DNA of 60,407 nt, the filler included, from Dugesia japonica (lineage: Eukaryota), in assembly GCA_001938525.1 (NCBI GenBank). It is 5 parts of 5 records of this genome, joined end to end, with 100 filler letters (N's around TTAATTAATTAA, not from the genome) between each part and the next. Parts side by side here need not be neighbours in the genome. Positions count along the whole stretch, not along the records: positions 42,317 to 60,407 come from MQRL01591229.1; 4 more parts are not named here. One strand, written 5' to 3'. Both the position numbers and the translations under genes were made by a program. Shown here one piece after another: positions 52,201-60,407 of this stretch. Every line of letters starts with the position of its first letter. Within the stretch, counting starts at the first letter, position 1. The notes under the pieces are model-generated. The model did no database searches, was not told where the DNA came from, and worked only from the letters and a program-made list of their open reading frames with translations.

Positions 52201-55200
52201 TTGTACCAAAAGTTCTTTTACAGCTGCAAAAAAATACAAAAAGAATATTTCATTAAATTTTAAAACAATAACTATTATTCAAAGTACAGTCCTTCATTAT
52301 TCAACACTTTCTGTCGTCGGTCTGCAAGTTTCCGAATCTGTTTAAAGTACCAATCTCGCTTGTGACTAACAGTTCATTTGTCTTCTGTATCACATATCTC
52401 CTTTGAAGCATATCTTGTTGAAAGTCCGCACTTTTACCAAATTCTGGTCAAAACTCAAAGCTCAATTTTAAAATATGCCATCTTTACTTTACTTATTGAT
52501 AATTTATTAATATAATATAATATTATCCTGTTATATTTGTAACGACAAGTTTTGTATTAATTAACAATTAAAGTTAATACAAATAAAGCATTTAGACCAA
52601 GGGTGCCCAAAGATTATAGAACCAATAGCCAAAATTTGATGAAAAACAAAAACAAAATTTTTAATTCAAATTAATTGCTTTTATATAAATGAATTCTTTT
52701 AAATTATATTCGATTCGGGTATTTGAGATTCTTAAAAAATGAATAGCAAATAGTATTGTTTTGCATTTAACGTCAATAATAAAACACGGATTTTCGGAAT
52801 TAAAAATCGATTTTATTTTCTCAAAATAAAGTTTTGCGAAATATGTATTTTTTTATTTAAATCATAATGATTTTGTCCGCACTTTGGGATACCCTGATTA
52901 TACCCTGATTAAGACAATTTGAAACAAAATATAATAATAGATACAAATTAAAATTTTCACAGCTGTAACAAAACTTTTACGACAATCTTATAATTTTTTG
53001 TGCATAAATTATTAGACTATTTATATTAAAAATTGAAATATGATTTTCTAAATGTAATCTATGATATATTTTCAATTATTATCCATGATCATCTACATTC
53101 GATGATACACCTTAAAAATTTCATAAATCTAGATCAACGGTTTACAAACTTTTCAGATCAGAGAACACTTTTTTATATACTGGATCAGATTTTATTTTAT
53201 TTTATTAATTAATTGGTATTTAGTTTAATTTTCACGGAGCACTTTTTGAACTTCAGCGGAATATAATTTGGAAACCACTTCTCTGGATAATTTCTGGCTT
53301 TGACTCAAAACTGTATCTATGTAAGATATCACAGCATCAATTCAATTAAATTTTTTCCGGGAAATTGTAAACGGTTAAGTCTGTAAGGCCTATGAGGCAA
53401 AAGTTCCAATTAAAACTCCTTCAATTTTTGTTGAGTGATAATATGAACATGAGAACGAATATTATGTGGGTAAAAAATTATTTCTTTTCTATTTGCATTT
53501 TTTAACTACTTCGTAAATTTTTCGAATAATAAAATTAACTACTTCATAAAAGATTAGAATTTATTATATAATTTTGTTTAAATAGTTCACGGTAAGCATA
53601 ACTTTCTTGGTGTGAATATTTACTTTTACAGTAGATAATGCATCTGCTCTTTTGTTGCAAAGGGCAACCTTGAGTTCATTGTGTTATTGTTCGTTTAAAA
53701 AATCTATCAATTCCTTGTAGAATAATAAACGAAATGCAAGTATTATATAAGGAAAACATATCTGGAATAATATGAAAAATACTATTAGAGGTATCGATTA
53801 TTTTAAATTGTAGTTGAATTAGTCATTTAATTCTAAAATAGATCATATCAATTAAGAAAGTTATAGATAATTGATTCTAATAATGGTAATATTAGTAATT
53901 ATATATCAAACTAAAGATATTAGTTTAGTATGAAAGTGCTTAGTGAACACACAAATGCAAAATATATAATTGCTATTCACAATTTTTTCTGTGAATATTT
54001 TTTAGAAATAAATGAATCTTTTTATAAACATTTAATTCTAAATTTGAAAAAATTTATTTAGTTGATTAGTAGCTAATTATTTTCATCGTTATTATTATTA
54101 TCATCCTTTTGCATTAAAACTACTACTATTTAGTAAGCCACTAGCTAGATAGACTTTGATTTAAAAAGCTTTATATTATTTTACTAAACTACTAACTATT
54201 ATAGGAGAAAAACATCAAAATGTAACGTTTATTAAAGCAACACAACACAGTTGAACAGGTCCTTGAAGACCTCACCTGACTTCGCCGGTGCAATTGTTGC
54301 CTGCAATAAAGCTTGCGACCGGTTATCTACAAGTTTGATTCTATTAACTCTTTTTTCATTTCCTTTCTTTTTCCTTCAATGTATTTTTAATCTCTCTTTT
54401 CATATTCAATAAAGTTCTTCCAGATTCTGTACAAATTCTTAACTGTACAAAAACCACATTTATATGAGCATCCAGTATGAGTTATTAGACTATTTTCCTT
54501 TAAACATTGTTTCTACAAATTTTAAATTCTGTATTACGGCATCTTAAACTCAACTTTCGAAGACAAAAGTCTGGTTGAAAAGAATTTTTTTTTTACAAAA
54601 TAAATCTTTGCTCATATTGGGATTTGTTACTGGTTATGAAACTTTAATAAGTATATTACTGGCTGCATTTACAAATAAGTTGAAAATTTTAGTACTTGGC
54701 GGTAAATCTCTTCATTGAAATAAATGCGAGAATTAGATAATATACATATAAAAGAATATACTAAATATGGAAATTAAAAATAGCTCCATATGACAAAATA
54801 TGTCAAGAACTTCCAGAATCGGTCATTAAAATAGGTTCAAAAAAAGTTAATTTTCACGATAAAAGAAAAGATAAAATTTTCCAAGTGAAGAAGACTTTGA
54901 TAATTAAATTTCTGATTTTTTTACAAATACTATTTTTTATTTAGCCACTACTCTTTATTCAGTGTTATTTTCCAAAAAAACTGAACTAGTCGCTAGTAAC
55001 CTAAAACTGGATATTATTATTATTATTATTATTATTANNNNNNNNNNNNNNNNNNNNNNNNNNNNNNNNNNNNNNNNNNNNNNNNNNATTATTAATTATT
55101 AATTATTAATTATTAATTATTAATTATTCTATAATACAACCAATATAATTACTTGAATTCGTTTCCGATAGCTTTCAATTAATATAAATGCCAATTCTGT

Positions 55201-55300
55201 TTCTTTAATATAATTTGAAATATTGTTAAATTCGCTTTTCAAACGTGTCACATATTCCACTGAGTTCTTCAAAATATTTCCCTTATTTTTCTTGGATTCA
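45384..55300 (-). CDS. mitf: MiT/TFE (MITF-like) bHLH-ZIP transcription factor, exons 55153-55300 and 45384-45749
   Basis: The 148-bp phase-2/phase-0 exon ESKKNKGNILKNSVEYVTRLKSE...RKRIQ splices to ELENQMK... It parallels MITF [21 protein letters not shown]...LLRIQ|ELEMQAR in length (49 aa) and intron position, with canonical AG/GT sites. The basic-region exon is not in the window. Confidence 0.78.
46425..46816. mobile_element. hAT MITE with perfect 8-bp TSD
   Basis: TGTAGAAT|CAGGGCCAAATTAAAG...CTTTAATCCAGTGCTA|TGTAGAAT. Confidence 0.75.
48976..50155 (+). mobile_element. mariner element (cecropia/Hsmar1-like), decayed
   Basis: HKAAEASRNIN..RRWFQNF..GRGR..HLKQLGKVKKLDK*VLHDL..MCNEK..YDN.KR.AQW..PPY*PDLS..YFFKHL; degenerate TIRs sharing ATAATGTC..TTTTT. 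Confidence 0.88.
52194..52480 (-). mobile_element. mariner deletion remnant
   Basis: KLADRRQKVLNNEGLY (mariner C-terminus) and TIR-like TATTAGTTTGTACCAAAAGTTC. Confidence 0.45.
53135..53280. mobile_element. hAT MITE, same family as 26156-26344
   Basis: CAACGGTTTACAAAC...TTTGGAAACCACT; imperfect TSD ATCTAGAT/CTCTGGAT. Confidence 0.55.
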
Positions 55301-55837
55301 CTAAACATTGATAAGTATTATAAGTTTTCTAACATCAACAGTTAGAAATTGCATAAATTATAAAAAATATAAAATATATAAAATTAAACTATATAAATTA
55401 AATTATATATTATTATATAAAGGCAATATTCTTATTTAATGGTGAATAATATTTCACAAAAAGAACCAATTTCAAAATTAAAATTTAAAAATTTGTTGAT
55501 CAAAAAAAAATTTAAATCAACTAATATGAAATTGTAAAGTTTTTCAAGAAATATGAATTAATTTATATATATTCAGTACACCGTGATTAATATGCCTAAC
55601 AAACCCGGTTTATATTGATTAATTTGTTTTTAGGTCGGGAAGTATGTAATATCTTTTAAGAATGCTTCAAATACTTCAGGCACGAAGTTGATAGGTAAGA
55701 ATATTTCACAACTCGAACTAACTGCTAATAATGCATCGGGTTATTTGTTAGCTGATATAATGTTCATAGCTCCATTTAATTAAAAGGTAAAATACTTCTA
55801 AGAGAAATTGAATAGACTTACAAGATGGTACCGAAAT

Positions 55838-55978
55838 CATGAGGACAAATTATGATATCTCAATTTGACCACATGAAACAGTTTAAATAAATTTCTTTTA
55901 TAATGAAAATGGTTAATCAACTATTGTGCCAACTGTTTCTATTATAATATTAAATAGTGAAGAAGAATTTCAATTTCA

Positions 55979-56045
<67 letters not shown>

Positions 56046-56095
56046 NNNNNNNNNNNNNNNNNNNNNNNNNNNNNNNNNNNNNNNNNNNNNNNNNN

Positions 56096-56138
<43 letters not shown>

Positions 56139-57013
56139 TCGTAAGGAAAGTTGGTTGCAGCTATTTTTATTTATACCACCATGAATTAATTAATACATAT
56201 AGGCGTTGGTATAGCCTGCGTCCATTGATTCCAGTACCCAGGTGATGAACTCTTTTTGGCCATGGAAATGCGTAACATGATTTCTAAGCAAACACAAGCA
56301 AAGCTCAAACAACAATAAATCATTGATGTACTAACTTCCGAGATCGGGTGTAACAAACCTAGTATTTGCGTTGAGGATCATAATGGATCCAATAATTGTT
56401 AAGGAAAATCCATAAAATCATATCAAATTATATTTAAAATTAATATATTAGAAATAAAAAAGTGAAATGAGAATTTTCTTACATTCCGGGAATTTTAAAG
56501 AATTGAGATTTTTCAATGATAGTTTTACTAAGAGAAATGTGATTTCGTAGTACAAAAAAATGTAATTATTCACAATACTTTAATTTGTTTTGATTCACAT
56601 GAGGATAAAACATGATATCGCAATTTGAAAATCTGACAGACGCGACCTACCACAAGAAACAGTTTAAATAAATTTCTATAATAATGAAAATGATTAACCA
56701 ACTATTGTGGTAACTGTTTCTATTATAATATTAAATAGCGATGAAGAATTTTACTTTCATATATTNNNNNNNNNNNNNNNNNNNNNNNNNNNNNNNNNNN
56801 NNNNNNNNNNNNNNNNNNNNNNNNNNNNNNNNNNNNNNNNNNNNNNNNNNNNNNNNNNNNNNNNNNNNNNNNNNNNNNNNNNNNNNNNNNNNNNNNNNNN
56901 NNNNNNNNNNNNNNNTTATTATTTCGTAAGGAAAGTTGGTTGCAGCTATTTTTACTTATACCACAATGAATTAATTAATACATTTAGATGTTTGCATTAC
57001 CTGCGTCCGTTGA
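55838..57013 (+). repeat. Local ~400-bp duplication (55838-56230 and 56598-57013) with an embedded (ATT)n microsatellite
   Basis: Both copies share GAAACAGTTTAAATAAATTTCT...AACTGTTTCTATTATAATATTAAATAG...TTTCGTAAGGAAAGTTGGTTGCAGCTATT. Confidence 0.85.
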
Positions 57014-57405
57014 TTAGTGTTATTTAATACCGGCGAAAATACGGCAGATATTAAACGTGTTATAATTTAAATCTAGAGTATTTATTCGATATATGGGAAA
57101 AATTTATTCCAGAGGATTAATTATCACTTGAATTTAAAATTTTAATTCACCATTATCGAACATGTGGTTATATTTTTGTAAATCCTTTCACTGTACAAGT
57201 AGACATTACTGAAAATGCTAAATCTATTGCAGAACTTCTTCAAGAAGAAACATCGAAAATTGAAGAGATTTAAGATTTTCAAAATGACATCATATTAAAA
57301 TCTCAAAATATGGTTGAACACTTTTGGAATTTAGTTGACCATAAAAAGTAAAATCTTCGAAAAAAATGAGTCTTCAAAATCAAATCTTGTTTTGGTTACT
57401 CAAAT

Positions 57406-57772
57406 TAGGGTGAGTAATAAGTTCGCGAGCACATTTAATCAAAACTTTTAACAGATATAACGTAACAACTAAAAATGATTATATTTCTAAATATATAACA
57501 GCACATATTTCTTTAACCGCGGCTCTCGTGATAAGGCTTTTCTTCCAAAAAAAATTTAAAAGCACTCTGATTTCCATGTTTCCCATTATTTTTCTAAAAA
57601 TCATAAGATTTGTTTGTTAATTGTTTAGGAACAAATCATTAAAACAAAATAAAGAGCATTTCAACTGCTTTACATTAATGTATAACGATAAATATATAAA
57701 TGATATTCACTGATAAGTTGTATTGAATGCAATGCAAAGCAAAAAGTGCCCGCGAATATATGACTCACCCTA
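57406..57772. mobile_element. Tc1/mariner-type MITE
   Basis: ~30-bp TIRs TAGGGTGAGTAATAAGTTCGCGAGCAC / GTGCCCGCGAATATATGACTCACCCTA. Confidence 0.75.
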
Positions 57773-58441
57773 TATTTGTGTGGATTTTTATTTTTCAATA
57801 TGAATATTATAAAATACAAAATCAGATCTCAATTTACTAATGCCAACCTCGATGATTGTTTACAATTGGGATTATAATCTTACACTCGTAACTGTGAGAA
57901 ATTAGCAAATAAAATGTCAAGGATCACACTGATTCAACTTTTTAAATAAATATATAACTTGTTATAGTAAATATATTACAAAATGTTGGTTTAATAAAGG
58001 ACATAATCATTTTACTAATTTTTTTTCAAATCCTATCGCACCCACCCCTAATTTTTGCAATCTCAAATGCGCCCGCGCCACAAAAATTTTAAAAACCGCT
58101 GCTATACGTTCTCAAAGATATTATGCTATCTATGTTTATTGAAAGATATATTTTTTTAAAGAAAATTTGTTTAAAAAACATTTAATTAAAACAATTTATT
58201 TTTATGTACCTTACAAAAAATTAAATATAAAAAATTCTAACAATTATTGAATTTTCAGTTTATAATTTATGAAAACTAATTAATTAAAATCAAAATACCA
58301 AACCTGGGATTTTATACTTGGGAACAGTTAAAATTAGATAATTATCACAACTTGACTTTTGAATCTATTCATCTTATAGAATATATATGCTCCGGTTTCA
58401 TAATAGTTATTATTTGTCAATAAAAAGCCAGTTATTTTAAT

Positions 58442-59368
58442 GGTTCATGACAAAATATACTCCAACAAAAGATATTCGACAAAATATATTCAGACAAAAT
58501 ATACTAATATAAAATATAAGACAAAATATATTGAAAAATATATAACGATTAATTATATTAATTAACTATTAATTTAACTATTAATTAGATAAATTATATT
58601 ACATAAAATATCTTAATACATTTTTTTAATATAAATAATATTTGAACTGTTGATTTCAAGGTAATCTTTAACTTAAATTCTTAAATCATAATTATTATAA
58701 TATCATCGTATGATCGTAGAACTCGTAAAATCCCAGAAAGGAAAATTATGTATAGGTGAATTTATGTTTCTTGAAGTAAGTGTAGGTGCTGATAATAAAG
58801 AAATATGGAAATAAGAATTAGCACGTCAATACTAGAGTTCACACAAAATATGATATGGTCATTTATGAAAATGGTTTGCACAATCATGCCTCGGTTCATG
58901 GTAAGGTTGCTGTAACAAAAGTCAAAGCGAATATATAGAAGCGCGCAGATGATACTGAGAAGAACACTAGGCAATTTATTCAGCATACATTGATACAAGT
59001 TTCCATTCCTCAGTTGTTTACTTTAAGCAGAGATATGTATCATCTTCGTAGGAATAATGGCATGATTGACATCAGCTATCAAGAGAAATCAAATTGAAAC
59101 TGATCAAACACCTGCTAAGAAACGTAAAACATATCAAAGAATAGATGATGCCAATGTAACCATGGTTTCTGATTATAGTTCAGACATATGTGAAGAATAT
59201 TGCTCGTGTTTTGAATTTTAATGAGATGTAGTCAAGTTTTTTTAAAAATAAATATTTGAATAATTTTGTTAGTTAATAATTTTTTTAATACATTTAATGT
59301 TAATATAATTATATGTTAATATAATTAATCGTAATATATTTGGTCTGAGTATATTTTGTTCTACCGCC
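58442..59368 (+). mobile_element. Mutator-like (MULE) deletion derivative
   Basis: GG...CC termini with inverted ACAAAATATACTC subterminal repeats, flanked by an ATTTTAAT direct repeat. Internal HNH (FLYWCH-like) and PAKKRKTYQRIDD..MVSDY (MULE C-terminus-like). Confidence 0.55.
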
Positions 59369-60407
59369 ATTTTAATTTATTTGTATAGAATCAAATGAAA
59401 TTGTTCAGTCAATTGTTTTGTTTAAAATTTAACATTAAAAAATTTGTTATTATATAATTACAATTAGAAAGTAATAAAAAAAGTGTATCGCATTTTTGAT
59501 TTGTTTTATCATTATTAGTTTCATCGTTCGCATCACTTTATCATTATTTGAACTGATTAAACCAAATTCATTGGGCGGATAAGATCCACTTAAATTTTGT
59601 AAATTTTAACTTAATAAATTATTAAAAATATGATAAAGTCAAGTAATGCAAAATGAGATTGCAGTTTGAAAACAGTGTTCAAAATAATGTAATAGATGAT
59701 CTTAGTGAACTTTGTCCTGCATTCTAAGTATTTAATACATGAATCTGTTCATCGAATATTGAAAAAATATTGCAACCTTATTTTAACCACGATAATTAAT
59801 TGATAATTCATAAAACAAAAAAAATAAAATTCGTCATTAAGGCATTTGTTTTATTACTTTCCGTTAAAATTAAATTGTCAGTTCATTTGATAATTTAATA
59901 TAAAAAATAATGATACTAGTAGATATAATTAGCTATTGTATCAATTAAATTACGCCAATATTAACTTCATTATTACGGCGTTCTTATTTTCACATATGTT
60001 GTGGGCATGTCGTACTCAAAAATTAACCTCAGCATTTATTTTTTGTTTAAAAATTGTATTATAAAAAATAAATACATACTTATAAAATAATATTTGTCTG
60101 TATTTTTATAATATTCAATAAGTAAATCAATATTCTAATTTTATACGCTTATTAATGAATGTTAAATATAAATATGAATTAAATGAATGATTTCAATAAT
60201 GAGTTCAATGAGATTTACCAAAATATCATTTAAAAAATATTATTTAATTTATATATTTAACCAATTAATTTTGTACATATGTATATATGTGAATTTGTCT
60301 GTAACGCTCGATTTATAAAGGCTAAATAAAATAATTTTAAAAATTTAAATAGTAAAAATCAAAAAGTATTTCAATAATAATAATAATGATAATTGATAAT
60401 AAAAATT

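Noticed and set aside
55926-56184. Poly-Leu/Tyr/Ile ORFs
   Set aside because: Translations of (ATT)n microsatellite and N gaps.

Overview
Eukaryotic, very AT-rich, repeat-dominated DNA. Introns of 46-49 bp, (ATT)n microsatellites, mariner/Helitron/hAT debris and giant Ty3/Gypsy-type elements suggest an invertebrate, most plausibly a triclad flatworm; this is inference. The window is five pieces joined by artificial 100-bp spacers (N44-TTAATTAATTAA-N44 at 10417, 20874, 30264, 42217), so adjacency across spacers is not proven. Host genes: the 5' half of an MMD/PAQR (hemolysin-III family) gene (-, 32487-34261) and two exons of a MiT/TFE (MITF-like) bHLH-ZIP gene (-, 55153-55300 and 45384-45749). 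The main discovery is piece 2 (10517-20873), a decayed giant retroelement polyprotein with the order: long leader, Ty3/Gypsy Gag (3 CCHC), about five tandem ubiquitin-like repeats, acidic linker with an AT-hook, a Bcl-2-like helical domain, an internal signal peptide, and a chuvirus-type fusion glycoprotein. No pol lies between gag and env. A recurring (R/Q)V(N/T/M)M(L/M) motif, a candidate protease site, also occurs in the Gypsy pol in piece 1, whose integrase is followed by six C4 zinc-finger-like units. Also present: a complete 4.56-kb decayed Gypsy element with LTRs, PBS and PPT; a short hammerhead-ribozyme-bearing insertion with a 12-bp TSD; a probable Maverick/Polinton capsid remnant; two mariners; a mini-Helitron; a MULE; hAT remnants; and several MITEs. 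All protein family calls come from motif recognition by eye, not from database searches.
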